Shown: positions 35,223 through 48,545 of the stretch, in pieces
Numbering within the stretch: the stretch's first letter is position 1
How the letters are laid out: the number at the start of each line of letters is the position of its first letter
Assembly (NCBI RefSeq): GCF_964213995.1
Contig: NW_027590498.1
Span: 186,001-250,000 of the forward strand
Length of the DNA: 64,000 nt
Direction of reading: 5' to 3'
Origin: Mustelus asterias
Taxonomy: Eukaryota
The notes under the pieces: generated by a model
What the model was told of the DNA's origin: nothing
What the model saw: only the letters and a program-made list of their open reading frames with translations
Databases searched by the model: none
Program-made: the position numbers and the translations under genes

Positions 35223-36894
35223 AGATAGTCAACAGAACAAGAAACAATACCGCAGTTGGCTGGAAGTTGTGAGCCAGCGTTACAAAGTGAACTGACTGCT
35301 TCCACTGCCTTTGTTAAGTTTTGCATTTTGTACTTATGTGATTAACTTAGTAAATTCTGTAAAGCTTGTAACAATATTTGCACCCAGTATGGTCCTGTAG
35401 CTAGTTGTAAATGAAAGTCCCTTTTAGATCAGCTCTCCCAACTAAACCCAACAATTGTAATTGACTTTAAGTCTTACATTTAAGTTGAGGTGAACCCACG
35501 TCTTTCAGAAAATCTCTGCCAACTTTGGCACAAGCCCCCAGCTGTTAGCCAGGAATTCTTTGCAGGATTAACATGGGAACAGTGTGCTTTTATCATTTCT
35601 GGAACCTAGGTCAATGCAGGGTGGTCAGTCTGGTTTTATCATTGACTCTTCTGTAGCAATTTGACACAACTGAATAGCTTGCTCAGGATAGAGAGCTCTG
35701 AATCTAGGGTATTACCTCTGTTCTGCAGGACAAGTAACTATATTCTGTCTATTATTGCAGTGCTGTAATAAAGTCAGTTAAAGACAATCTGGTGTTGGGA
35801 GTTTGATTATCTGATGTATGAAACCATAAGATTCAATATTTAGAGTCAACAAGATGAACAAGGAAACACATCAGGGCCCAAAACTCCAGCTGGATATTCA
35901 CAGGAGAAAGTCTGTTACCCAACATCTTGAGTGGACAGAACAGAGAAAGGTCCCAACTGTAAGAAACCCTCCAAACATTTGTTAATATATATTTCAAATG
36001 TTGACAGGTCCCAACTCCCAGTTTCCATTCAATTGAAATCAATGAAAGATCTGAGACAGACAGTTGGGTTGAAAGCAGTGCGGGGCCCACATGGACTGAG
36101 AAACCAAATCCAGGGACCATTTACACCAAGACACCAAATCCAGGCAGCATTTATACTTTGAAGTTGATTTATCAGGTAGCAGTTGTTTGCAATAAATCCC
36201 CAATTTTAAATTAAATCTACAATATTTAACTATCTGGCCAGAATGAACATTCTAATTGGTAAATTCAGAAGATTTATTAACCATTAAGAAGGTAAAAAGG
36301 TAACAAGTTAGAAAGATAAAAAGCAAAGTTTGAATTAACAGTGATGGAGAGGAGGAGGAGAAAGCTCATCTTTAACAATGAAACAGACTTCTCACAACTT
36401 TCCTCGGTCGATCAGGCCAAAGACATGAAATGATCATCAGACAAGGACATGTTAACAGATTGGCGACTCAAAACCTTTATTTTAACCCCTTCAACTCACA
36501 TTTACTTAACTCAAATTAGCCTCAGTGTTGAATGATAATTGATTAACTTAATTGTCTGATTGGCCCCTGACACCTACTAGCATCTCCTGATGTCTGAGTA
36601 CAAAGGTCTACTGAATAAATGAGGCAGCTTGGGTAAGGTCCCATTTATTCCCAACTTAATGTAACTTGTCAAAGCCATAAATGTTTTGTGAGCTCGACCT
36701 TATCTTTCTAGATTGGCTGGAAAACATAATTTGACAGTTCTCATGATTTATGACCAGTGTACTTAAAATCATATTATTTATTATAATAAAACATTACAGA
36801 CTTTGTGTTACAGGTTATATTACCAGTCTGACAAGTACATCTATTGATTAAGTGCTGATTCTTCAATAGTCTCAGAATGAAGGTTCTTCACTTC

Positions 36895-37208
36895 ACTGCT
36901 ATGAGGATGTTAACCCGAAGGTCCCGTCTGCTCTCCGAGGTGAAAGATCACACGGCTTCTATTTGGAAGGAGAGGAGGGAGCTCACCCTGCTGAAACCAA
37001 TATTACCCCTCACCCAATCTCCCTAAAAACAGAACACTGCTCATTATCACATTGTTGATGTGGTTTACCCCGCTGAAACCAATATTACCCCTCACCCAAT
37101 CTCACTGCAAACAGGTCACTGCCCCTCATCACATTGCTGCTTGTGGAGGCTGACTGCGCACAGAGATGTCCTGAGGTTGTGAAAGGTGCTATATGAATGC
37201 AAATTCTG
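36895..37208 (+). mobile_element. Deu-domain SINE (SacSINE1/AmnSINE1-like) remnant with internal duplication
   Basis: TTAA.CCGA.G..CCCGTCTGC.CTC...GGTG.AAAGATC...CTATTTGGAAG, CCAATATT.CCCTCA.CCAA, CATTATCACATTG, tail GTCCTGAGGTTGTGAAAGGTGCTATATGAATGCAA. Confidence 0.7.
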
Positions 37209-37325
37209 TCGACTCCAGCCCAGTTACTGTACTTTGCAGCAACATCATCAACACTCCCCCAATGTCATGATGAATAGGGTTCAGTCCTGAATCTGATTAA
37301 CAACAGCAGAATCAGAGCAGAGCCG

Positions 37326-38195
37326 TCATCTGTGAACTCGCTGGTGTTTCACCAGATTGGATGATTCGGTAAATCTCTTCCCGCACTCGGAGCAGGTGAA
37401 CGGCCTCTCCCCAGTGTGAATGCGCTGGTGTGTCAGCAGGTGGGATGATCGTGCAAATCCCTTTCCACACTCGGAGCAGGTGAACGGCCTCACCTCAGTG
37501 TGAATTTGTTGGTGCGTCAGCAGGTTGGAGGACTGAGCGAATCCCCTCCCACACTTGGAGCAGATGAATGGCTTCTCCCCAGTGTGAATTCGCTGGTGTA
37601 CAGTGAGATGAGATGATCGCCTGAACCCAGTCCCACAGTGAGAGCACTTGAACGGTCTCTCCTCAGTGTGAACTCGCTGATGGGACATCAGTTCACCAGA
37701 ACTTTTAAAGCACTTCCCACACTCTGGACATTTAAAAGGTCTCTTGTCAGTGTGAACTCGTTGGTGTGTCTGAAGGTGGGTTGCTGTCCTGAAACTCTTC
37801 CCACACTGTGAGCAGCTGAACAGTGTGTACTCGGTGTGAATGCGCTGGTGCTCCCTCAGTCCGTGTGGGCTTTTAAACCTCTTCTCACAATTGGAGCATT
37901 GAAACTCTCTCTTGTCAGTGTGAACTTGCTGGTGTTTCAGCAGGTGGGATGAGCGAGTGAATCCGTTTCCACACACCGAGCAGGTGAACGGCCTCTCCCC
38001 GGTGTGGAGTCGCTCATGCAGCTGAAGGCAGATGAACTGAGCGAATCTCTTCCCACATACGGAACAAATGAACGGCCTCTCCCCGGTGTGTCTGCGTCGA
38101 TGGATTTCCAGCTCAGATGGGGATCTGAATCCCTTCCCACAGTCCACACATTTCCACCGTTTCTCCCTGGTGTGAACGGTGCTTTTTGCTTCCAT
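37326..38195 (-). CDS. ZNF-E: C2H2 zinc-finger protein, 10 fingers (subfamily 2); frame open back to the acceptor at 38299
   Basis: Uninterrupted 322-codon frame; first ATG at 38195 (MEAKSTVH); acceptor TTTTACAG at 38300-38307. Confidence 0.92.
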   Translation of the reverse strand: MEAKSTVHTREKRWKCVDCGKGFRSPSELEIHRRRHTGERPFICSVCGKRFAQFICLQLHERLHTGERPFTCSVCGNGFTRSSHLLKHQQVHTDKREFQCSNCEKRFKSPHGLREHQRIHTEYTLFSCSQCGKSFRTATHLQTHQRVHTDKRPFKCPECGKCFKSSGELMSHQRVHTEERPFKCSHCGTGFRRSSHLTVHQRIHTGEKPFICSKCGRGFAQSSNLLTHQQIHTEVRPFTCSECGKGFARSSHLLTHQRIHTGERPFTCSECGKRFTESSNLVKHQRVHR

Positions 38196-38984
38196 GTTCA
38201 AAGGCCGATGATTTTCAAGTCCTGATGAATCGAGTGACTCCGTCAGATTTTGATGTGATGTTTGGTTTGACTTTCCTGATCGTGAACCTTTCAAATATTC
38301 TGTAAAATGAATTTAAGACAGAATCAAGGAAATATAAAAGAGAACCCACAAAAACACAAAGGCAGGTTGTGAAATTGAGCTAAATTAATCTTGTAATTTG
38401 TGGGGCCAGCGCTAGGAAAAAGTGACCCTGAAAACTGCTGGCACCTCATAAAAACCCAACTGGTTCATTAACGTTCTTTAGGGAAGGGAACCTGCCACCC
38501 AGTCTGGGCTTACACAAGACTCTGGCTTCCATGGGAGGAGAGAGAGAGAGGTGAAGGAGAGGGTAAAAAAGATGAACTTCATAAATCTGCAACTGAATTT
38601 AAATTTCAAAAGAATCTCCCAAACCCATAACTCCACCCACTGGAAAGACAAGAGCAGCTGATTCCTGGGAAAACCATCACCTCCAAGACACACACCAGCG
38701 AGTTCAGACTGGGGAGAGACCAGACTCCTGCTCCACATGTGAGAAAGATAGAATCGTGCTCTGATGGAAAGTCAACCTAAATCAGAAACTGGTTCCTTCA
38801 TGGATGCTGATTGCACTTGTGTATTTCCAGCATTTGCAATTTTATTTCAGGCTTACAGAAAATACATCATTTTTTTGTTTTTTTATGTCCACGTTTGTTG
38901 CCCTTGTGAAATTATAAAGCAATTTAAAAACATAATACTGTAGTTCCCGAATTGTAATCACATAAGACAGATTTTCTTTTGAAT

Positions 38985-39170
38985 CGTTCATCCAATCAGC
39001 TGACACACCAGCGAGTTCAGCAGTGATTACTGGGATTGGATTCTGCTGCTGTTGCTGCTGTTAATGACATCCAAGACTGAACTCTGTTCATTCTGATAGT
39101 TTGGGTTTGTTTCTGTTGATGTTTACAATCTCTGTAACTGGACTGGATGTTTAATATTCTGGAACTTGGC
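38985..39170 (+). pseudogene. Orphan ZNF 3' end (last half finger, stop and conserved tail)
   Basis: SSNQLTHQRVQQ*LLGLDSAAVAAVNDIQD* plus the family 3' UTR motif; another + strand finger scrap at 38690-38725. Confidence 0.75.
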
Positions 39171-39264
39171 TTGTTTTACCTTGTGACCCTTACTCTTCGA
39201 ATAAAGTATCTTTCTTTGGTCTATAGCAAATAGTGATTTACTTGTGATTTTTTTCAACTGAGTC

Positions 39265-39920
<656 letters not shown>

Positions 39921-40112
39921 CTGAATTTAAAAGAAAAAAAATGTGAGAGAGAACCCACAAAAACACAAAGGCAGGATGTGAAATTGAGCTGAATGAATCT
40001 GGTAATTTCTGGGGCCGGCACTAGGAAAAAGTGACCATGAAAATTCTGGAGTGTCATAAAAACCCAAGTGATTCACTGATGTCCTGCAGGGAAGGGATTG
40101 AATGTCACCCAT

Positions 40113-41135
40113 TCAATAGGATCGTGGCTGATCTGACATTTCTCATGTCCACTTTCTTGCCCTTTTCCCATAACCCTTGATTTCCTTACTGTTCAAAAAT
40201 ATACACAAGGGCTTTGCCCCCACAGCTCTCTGTGGCAAGGACTTGCAAAGACTCTCAACCCTCTGGGAGAAGAAATTGCTCCTGATCTCAGTCTTAAATT
40301 GGCACCTTTTATTCTGAGACTGTGCCCTCTGGTCCCAGACTCTCCCATGAGAGGAAACATCCACTCAGCATTTACCCTCTCAAGTCCCTTAAGAATCCGA
40401 TATGCTTCAATGAGATCACCCCTCATTCTTCTAAATTCCAATGAGGAGAGGCCCAACCTGTTTAACCTTTCCTCATAAAACAATCCCTCCATAACGGGGA
40501 TAATCCTAGTGAATCTACTGTGAACTGCCTCCAATGAAATAATATTTTTCCTTAAATAAGGAGACCAAAACTGCTCACAGTCCTCCAGATATGGTCTCGC
40601 CAGTACCTTGTACAGCTGCAGCAAGACTTCCCTACTCATATACTCCAACCATGGTGGCACGGTGGTTAGCACTGCTGCTTCACAGCGCCAGAGACCCGGG
40701 TTCAATTCCTGGCTTGGGTCACTGTCTGTGTGGAGTTTGCACATTCTCCCCGGTTCTGCGTGGGTTTCCTCCGGGTGCTCCGGTTTCCTCCCACAGTCCA
40801 AAGATGTGCGGGTTAGGTGAAGTGGCCATGCTAAATTCTCCCTCAGTGTACCTGAACAGGCGCCGGAGTGTGGCGACTAGGGGATTTTCACAGTAACATC
40901 ATTGCATTGTTAATGTAAACCTACTTGTGACAAATAAATAAACTTTACTTGAAATAAGGGCCAACATTCTATTAGGCTTCCTGATTACCAACTGCACCTG
41001 TGGGCTAGGTTTCTGTGTTTTGTGCAGAAGTCCCCCAAGTCCTGTTGTGTTGCAGCTTTACAGTTTTTTCCCCATTTAAATAATACTCCCCTGCTCTCCC
41101 TTCCAAAATGAACAGTTTCACATTTTCCCACATTA
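40113..41135 (-). mobile_element. CR1 3' fragment
   Basis: LLQLYKVLARPYLEDCEQFWSPYLRK...RLGLSSLEFRRMRGDLIE. Confidence 0.9.
40633..40950 (+). mobile_element. V-SINE, type 2 tail, inserted in CR1
   Basis: Full head, V domain and type 2 tail. Confidence 0.92.
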
Positions 41136-41136
41136 T

Positions 41137-41368
41137 CATAGAGTCCCTACAGTGCAGAAGGAGGACATTCAACCCGTGAGTCGCACCAATTCTCTCACAT
41201 AGTATCTTACCCAGAGCCTCTCTCCCACCCTATCCCCATACCCTCACACATTTACCATGGCTAATCCATCTAACCTACATGTCTTGGGACACTAAGGCTA
41301 ACCCACTTAATCTGCACATCTCTGGACTGTGGGAGAAAACCAGAGCACCTGGAGGAAACCCACACAGA
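41137..41368 (-). mobile_element. HE1-like SINE fragment
   Basis: Reverse tail and V-domain piece. Confidence 0.75.
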
Positions 41369-41654
41369 GGAAAGCTGCTGGATTATCATAAAAACCCAAG
41401 TGTTATGCTGATGTCTGTCAAGAAAGGAAATCTGGCACCTGGTCTCAAGTGGAGACAGAGAGAAGTAGAAGGGGCCGGGGTGAAGGAGAGGGATTTTATA
41501 CATCTAGAACTCAATGGGAACTTTGACAGAATCTCCCAAATCCTCAACCTCCACCACCTAGAAGGACCGAGGTAGCAGGTAGATGTGAACGCCATCACCT
41601 CCGAGTTTCTCCCCCCACAACTCGCACACAATTCTGACTTGTCTGAAATCCACT

Positions 41655-41940
41655 ACTAAAAGAACTGAAACTTCTTTCATATAAACACTGGGAAGACTGA
41701 ACCCATTGTCTTCAGTCCCCACTACAAACTCCACTCCCTCACCAGCAACTCTATCTTCCTGGTAACTGTCTGAGGCTGAACCAAACTGTTCACAACCATG
41801 GTGAAATATTTCACCCCAAGATGAGCTTCCAACCACATATCCACAACATCATCAAAATCGCCTATTCCCATCTCAGTGACATCGCCCGACTCCACCCCAG
41901 TCTCACTTCATCTGGAACTCTCATCCATTCCAATGTGACG
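41655..41940 (+). mobile_element. L2 fossil, uninterrupted paralogue of 160-378 plus 1098-1170
   Basis: Colinear match ending TCTGGAACTCTCATCCATTCCAATGTGACGT (a single repeat unit). Confidence 0.78.
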
Positions 41941-41985
41941 TGGAGCTCAAGGGAATGGAACTGACCAAATTGCTCCACAGAGAGT

Positions 41986-42152
41986 ACAGTAAGTCTCACA
42001 ACACTAGGTTAAAGTCCAACAGGTTTATTTGGAATCACGAGCTTTTGGAGCACTGCTCCTTCCTCAGGTCACTCACCTGATGGACTTTAACCTGGTGTTG
42101 TGAGACTTCTTACTATGCCCAACCCAGTCCAATGCCGGCATCTCCACATCAT
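41986..42152 (+). mobile_element. Penelope-derived palindromic element (family 1)
   Basis: Same arms as 2270-2432; TSD-like CCACAGAGAGT / CCACGGAGAGT; minus-strand CTGAGGAAGGAGCAGTGCTCCAAAAGC. Confidence 0.78.
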
Positions 42153-42619
42153 GGCTGCCACGGAGAGTTAGCATGGATTTAAGTTGCCAAATGCATTTCC
42201 TTCTATGTTGTAATCTCTGCATCACTGGAAATTGATAAAGCAGCCACACTGCTGTATATTTCAAGACAAAAAATATGAGATCATAAATAACATATCTCTC
42301 TCCCATACAAATTTACAGTTCATTTAAATGTTAGCCCTCTTCTGGGAAAACTGAATTGTGAACATTGGGTAAGAGGCTGCCCTATTAGCCAGATAAACTG
42401 AGGGAACTAAAAAATGTCAATGTCTTTGAGAGAGAAACAAAAATATACCTGGGCCTAGTCCTGTTCCTGAATCCGGTCTTCATCTGTAACCTTTCCAGAG
42501 TCTGCAGCCTCCCTGGATTAACGACCTTACCCTTCAGTTGCTGCAAGTCCCCAATTTCCCCCAGAATGAGAAAAGAAATGGAAAGGGGGAAACATTGATT
42601 TCCTCCCAGATGTTGCCCA

Positions 42620-43160
42620 GAGGAGGGAGTTCGGACAACTTCCGCATTGTGACGTCCATAATAGAGCTCTGCCTAAATCAGCCAATAGGAATCATTCTGC
42701 TCCGCGATGACGTCTCCGGGTTCCAGTGCTCAGGCCCGGGCGCGCGGACCCGGGAGCCCCGCCCCCACCCATTGTTCCCCCTCCACCTCTTCCTGCCACG
42801 GTTTCCAGGCAACCGGCTGACGGCTCCGGCCAGAGCGAGAAGCCGCGTAGTGATCGCCCCCTCCCTCGGCCCGGGACTGCGCATGTCCAAGGGAGAGGGG
42901 AAGATGCGCATGTGCGGGGGGAGCCAACCATTTGACCTGTATGCTGAGGTGTTGGCCAATGGAAAGTTGGAGGACCGGAAGTTCTCTGGTCCTCCAGCCA
43001 ATCAGAGCTCCCCCATTGTCTGAATGCGGAAGTGGACAATGAGCTTGTTCGGCTGCTCATTCCTGCCCAGCAAAGCTGCTGCTGCTGCTCTCTCTCTGAA
43101 TGAAGATTGAGCTTCAGACACAGACTCAAACTTCCTCCCGTCTCTCCAACATCTGTGAGT
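42620..43160. promoter_or_regulatory. Bidirectional CpG promoter cassette type II plus putative exon 1 of ZNF-G
   Basis: TGACGTC twice, CCAAT three times, TGCGCATGT twice, CCGGAAGT; donor-like GTGAGT at about 43156; flanked by inverted arms 42160-42620 and 43150-43640. Confidence 0.78.
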
Positions 43161-43759
43161 AAAACACTTTCTTTTCTCTCCCTTTCCAGTTCTTTTCTCA
43201 TTCTGGGGGAAATTGGGGACTTGCAGCAACTGAAGGGAAAGGAAGTGAATCCAGGGAGGGTGCAGACTCTGGAAAGGTTGGCCCAGGTCTCTCTCTCTCT
43301 CTCTCTTAAAGACATTGACATCCTTTGCTCCCTCAGCTTGACACATTGATTTGTCTGGCTAAAAGGTCCCTTTCCTAATGATCACAATTAAAGGGCTGGT
43401 TTCCCCAGGAGCTGGCTGACATTTAAAAGAACAATAAATTAATATAGGGCAGAGATATGCCTTGTGTTGTTACATTGTAGATTTGATATATTATTTATGG
43501 TTCTGTAACAAAGTACATTTATTATTATTTCTCGTTTTGTAATGTAGCACTGAAGCTATGTTAAATATTTTCATTCATCGAGTCATTACAGTGCAGAAGG
43601 AGTCCATTCAGTAACTCGAATCCATGCCGACTCTCTGTAGAACAATCCCTTTCTATATTCCCTTTCCCCTGCAACTTCATTTCCTTCATGTGCCCATCTA
43701 ATTTCTGATATATATTAAAGGGGACAGTAAACTAATATCGGACAGAGACGTGTCTGATG

Positions 43760-44152
43760 TTTTTTTATTCATCCTTGGGACACGGGCATTGCCGGCTGGG
43801 CCGGCATTTATTGCCCATCCCTAATTGCCCTTGAACTGAGTGGCTCGCTCGGCCATTTCAGAAGCTGGTTGAGAGTCAACCACATTGCTGTGGCTCTGGA
43901 GTCACATGTAGGCCAGACTGGGTAAGGACGGCAGATTTCCTTCCCTAAAGCACATTAATGAACCAGATGGGTGTTTTGGTCAATCGACAATGGTTTCATT
44001 TTCATCATCAGTAGATTCTTAATTCTAGATTTTGTTTTTAAATTCAAATTCCACCATCTGCCGTGGCAGGATTCAAACCCAGGTCCCCAGAACATCAGCT
44101 GAGTTTCTGGATTAATAGTCTGGTGATTAATACAACAAGGCTATCCGCTCCC
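43760..44152 (-). mobile_element. Third tRNA-SINE family, full length
   Basis: Reverse complement of 32158-32515. Confidence 0.85.
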
Positions 44153-45455
44153 CTGTTGTTATATGGTACAGATTAGATATATTATTTATAGCTCTGTAAT
44201 AAAATACACTTATTATATCTGGCTGTGTAATTTTGGACTGCAGCTATATTATATATTTCCAACAATCTCTTCCCTCAGAGGATTGTTAATATCTAGATTT
44301 CTCTTCCATGGGGACCAGTGGAGGGATTGAATATATTCAAAGATGAGTTAGACAGTTTTTGAATGACAAGGGAGTCAATAATTATTGGGAACAGGCTGGA
44401 AAATGGAGAGGAAGCTCAGATGAGGAAGGATTTCTTCACTCAAGGATGTGGTGATGTTTTGGATTCTCTCTCCAGAGGACTATAGAGCCTCAGTCATCAA
44501 GAATTTTCAAGAGAGGGATTGATAGGTTTCTGGATATTGAAGATATCGATGGATATGGGGGACAGTGTGGGGAAAATAATGCAGAGGTAGATCAACCAAT
44601 AATCTGAATGAATGGTTGAGCAGACTCGATGGGCCGAATGCTGACTGCAGCTCCTATTTGTTCTGATTTCTGTGCGGGACAGGAAGCAGTGAGCATGGAT
44701 CTGTCAATCAGCCTCAATCAGCACCTTCAGGAGAATTGGGAGGGTGAATATTAGATACAGCAGAGTGAGAATGGAGGGAGAGTGAGTGGGATGGAGGTTC
44801 ACAGCTTTTGGGGAATGGGAGAGGAAAGAACATTCATTAGAATCATAGAATTGCTGCATCTTATCAACCGTCCCTGAGCTTTCACAATGAATCCCACTTC
44901 TGAGGACACCCTTATCTCTGACTTGTCTGTACTGCTGGCAGTCTCACAAAGCAGCTGCCTGTGTGCTGATACGGGAGGCCCTGCTCGGCAAGTTTAATGC
45001 TCCATGACTGTGTCTTTAATGAATGCTCCATAGAAACTAGAAATGTCGATTTGAATTTTGATCGTATTCTGAATTGCGATGTTTTTTTTCTAAATTGACT
45101 TACAGGATATTAGACAAGGAGAAATCAGACAGAAATCTCCAACATCACATCGAGATCTGACAGAGTGACTCGATTTCTTGGGACCTGAATATCATTGGCC
45201 TTTGAACCTGGCAGGAGAAATGTTCGTCTGGCCTCTTGGCTTCAAAAGATTGTAAACATCACTGTTACTAGAAATGCAGTGAGATACACACACCCGAGTG
45301 AGAGTGTTCCAGTGCACTGAGTGTGGAAAGAGCTTTAACCAGTTACACAGCCTGAAAATACATCACAGCATTCACAGCGGGGAGAGACTGTACCCGTGTC
45401 CTGTGTGAGATTTAACTGATTGTTTAACCTGGAGAGTCACAAGGACACCCGCATC

Positions 45456-46285
45456 ATGGAGAAACCGTGGAAATGTGGGGACTGTGGGAAGAGATACAGA
45501 ATCCCATCTGAGCTGGAAATTCATCAACGCAGTCACACTGGGGAGAGACCATTCATCTGCTCTGTCTGTGGGAAGGGATTCAGTCAGTTATCCTACCTGC
45601 TGAAGCACAAAGTCACTCACACCCAGGAGAGACCCTTTAAATGCTCTGACTGTGGGAGTGGTTTCAAAAGCTCTCAGTATCTGGTGTCCCACCAGCGAAT
45701 TCACACTGAGGAGAGACCGTTCACCTGCTCTCACTGCACAGAGGTTTAGAACATCATTCAACCTGCGGAGACACCAGCGAGTTCACACCGGGGAGAGACC
45801 ATTCACCTGCTCTGTGTGTGGGAAGGGATTCACTCATTCATCCCACCTCAGCAGACACAATCTCACTCATACCAATGAGAGACCGTTTAAGTGCTCTGAC
45901 TGTGGGAGTGGTTTCAAAAGCTCTGGAGAACTGGTGTCCCACCAGCGCATTCACACTGAGGAGAGACCGTTCAGCTGCTCTCACTGCTCAAAGAGGTTTA
46001 GAACATCATACAACCTGCAGACACACCAGCGAGTTCACACTGGGGAGAGACCGTTCATCTGCTCTGTGTGTGGGAAGGGATTCACTCAATTATCTAGCCT
46101 GCTGAAACACAATCTCACTCACACCCAGGAGAGACCCTTGAAATGTGGGCGTGGCTTCAAAAGTTCTCGGGAACTCATGTCCCACCAGTGAGTTCACACC
46201 AGGCAGAGGCTGGTCACCTGCTCTGACTGGGAAGGGATTCACTCAGTCAGCAAACTTGGTGAAACACCAGTGAGTTCACAAGTGA
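45456..46285 (+). pseudogene. ZNF-G: C2H2 gene with frameshift (about 45738) and stops (46189, 46271)
   Basis: [12 protein letters not shown] start; repeated three-finger block (CSVC/CSDC/CSHC); acceptor at 45104-05. Confidence 0.88.
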
Positions 46286-46364
46286 TTACAGTTCTGGGAT
46301 TATTCTTGTGAATCTTTCTTGCCCCTTCTCCAGTGCCTCTATTTCCTTTTTCTCAATGGAGATC

Positions 46365-47550
46365 ACAAATAGAACGTAGAACAGTACAGCACAGGAACAG
46401 ACCCTTCAGCCCACCATGTTGTGTCGAACATGATGCCAAATTAAACTATTCCTTTCTGCCTGCCCTTGGTCCATATTCCTCTATTCCTTGCATATTCATG
46501 TGCTTATTTAAAACCCCCTTAAACGCCCCTATCGTATCTGCCTCCACCACCACTCCTAGCAGCGCATTCCAGACACCTACCATTCTCTGTGTAAAAACAC
46601 TTACCTCTCACATCTCCTTTGAACTTTCCCCGTCTCACCTTAAGTGCATGCTCCCTGGTATTAGACATATCAATTCTGAGGGAAAAGATTCTATGTCTCT
46701 CATTTTATAGACTGCTATCAGGTCTCCCCTCACCCTCCACCGCTATCGGGAAAACAACCCTCGTTTGTCAGTCGCTCACACCCTCCAATCCAGGCAGCAT
46801 CCTGGGAAACCTCTTCTGCACCCTCATCAAAACCTCTGCATCCTTTCTGTAATGTGGCGACCAGAATTGAACGTAATATTCTAAGTGCGGCCCAAACAAA
46901 GTTTTATAAAGCTGCAACATGGCATGCTGACTCTTGTACTCAATAAAGGCAAGCATGCCATATGCCTTCTTTACCAACTAAATATTTGTGTGGCCAATTT
47001 CAGGAAGCTCTGGACTTGAACCCCAAGATCCCTCTGTACATTAACTGTATACGTATCCTTAATATTTGATCTCCCAAAGTGCAGCACCTCACACTTGCCC
47101 GGATTAAAATCCATCTGCCATTTCTCTGCTCATATCTGCAGCTGATCTACATCCCACTGTAACCTTTCACAACCTTCTACATTATCTACAACTCCATCTA
47201 GCTTTGTGACATCTGCAAGCTTACTAACCCACCCATCCACGTTTTCATCCAAGTCATTTATATATATCACAAATAGCGCAGGTCCCAGTACAGATCCCTG
47301 CAGAACACCACTGGGAATGGACCTCCAGTCAGAAAAACACCCTCCACCACTACTCCCTGACTTCTATGGGCAAGTCAATTCTGAATCCAAGCGGCCAAGT
47401 CACCGTGAATCCCATGCATCTTAATCTTCTGGATGAGCCGACCATGAGGGACCTTGTCGAAAGCCTCACTAAAATCCATGTTCACAACATCCACTGCTCT
47501 ACCCTCATCGATCACCTTCGTCACCTCCTCGATAAAATCGATCCAGTCAG
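46365..47550 (-). mobile_element. CR1 LINE 3' 1.2 kb
   Basis: KKAYGMLAFI...MLQLYKTLFGPHLEYYVQFWSP; reverse DFSEAFDKVPH. Confidence 0.92.
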
Positions 47551-48189
47551 TAAGATGTTGACGGTGCTCCCACTGCAGTCCTGTGATGAAAATATAGACT
47601 GGTTGGTGAAATGTAGATAACAGGTAGAATTGATATCTAATGAGGACTTTATACTTTAGAATTGAATACAGGGCTCATTGTTACTAACGGGGAAAGAAGG
47701 GTTAAAACCCTTACCCAGAACCCTTTTCACACACACGTGGACATCTCTGAATCTGACGCACACCAAATGGAACGTTACACAAGGGGCTGGAATTCACTGG
47801 AATTTCTTAACAACCTTTCAATAGAAATGTCCTGGTACCGACTGTGACAAAGGACACAACAGACAGCAAGAACCAGGAGGAACCTTTAACACAGAGAATG
47901 TTAATAACCTTGTTCAGGACACCGGTGCCAGGCACAGGAGGATCCCAGGAAAAACGGAATATTTAATTTCTGTCTGTTTCACAATTCTAAATGACTGATT
48001 CTTTAACAAAGGAATGTTTAAAAACAGCATTGTGATATTCTAAGGTCAGTGTGTCTGGGAAAGGGACACACTGATGTGTTTTTATTTTAAACAGGAGGCT
48101 CCATTGAAAAGCAGCTCTGGACGATACGAGCACCTCCTGACCTCCTTTCAATTCATTTCAAATCACCCATCACTTTCCGTGGAATATTA

Positions 48190-48545
48190 TTTATTCTTTC
48201 CTGGGATGTGGACACTGCTGGCAAAGCCCCAGCACACGTTGCTCAGCTCCTAATTGCCCTTGAACGGAGTGACTTGCTCGGCCATTTCAGAGGGACAGTT
48301 AAGAGTCACCCACATCGCTGTGTGGGTCTGGATTCACATGTAGGCCAGACTGGGTAAGGATGGCAGATTTCCTTCACTGATAGGGAGCATAAAGAGGGTG
48401 AACTGGACAGGTTTTTACAACAATCGATAGTTTCATGGTCACCGTTGCTGAGACTAACTTTACATAATTCCAGATTGATTCACTGAATTCAAATCCCACC
48501 AGCTGCCTGTCCCCAGATCCTCTGCTGCGTCTCTGCATTACTCGG
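48190..48545 (-). mobile_element. Third tRNA-SINE family
   Basis: TAATTGCCCTTGAAC...CACATGTAGGCCAGACTGGGTAAGGATGGCAGATTTCC. Confidence 0.78.

Noticed and set aside
33750-35575. Additional LTR-like stretches (also 36100-36800, 48600-49560, 49700-51150)
   Set aside because: Composition and polyA-like signals are suggestive, but I could not find matching TG...CA termini with a TSD.
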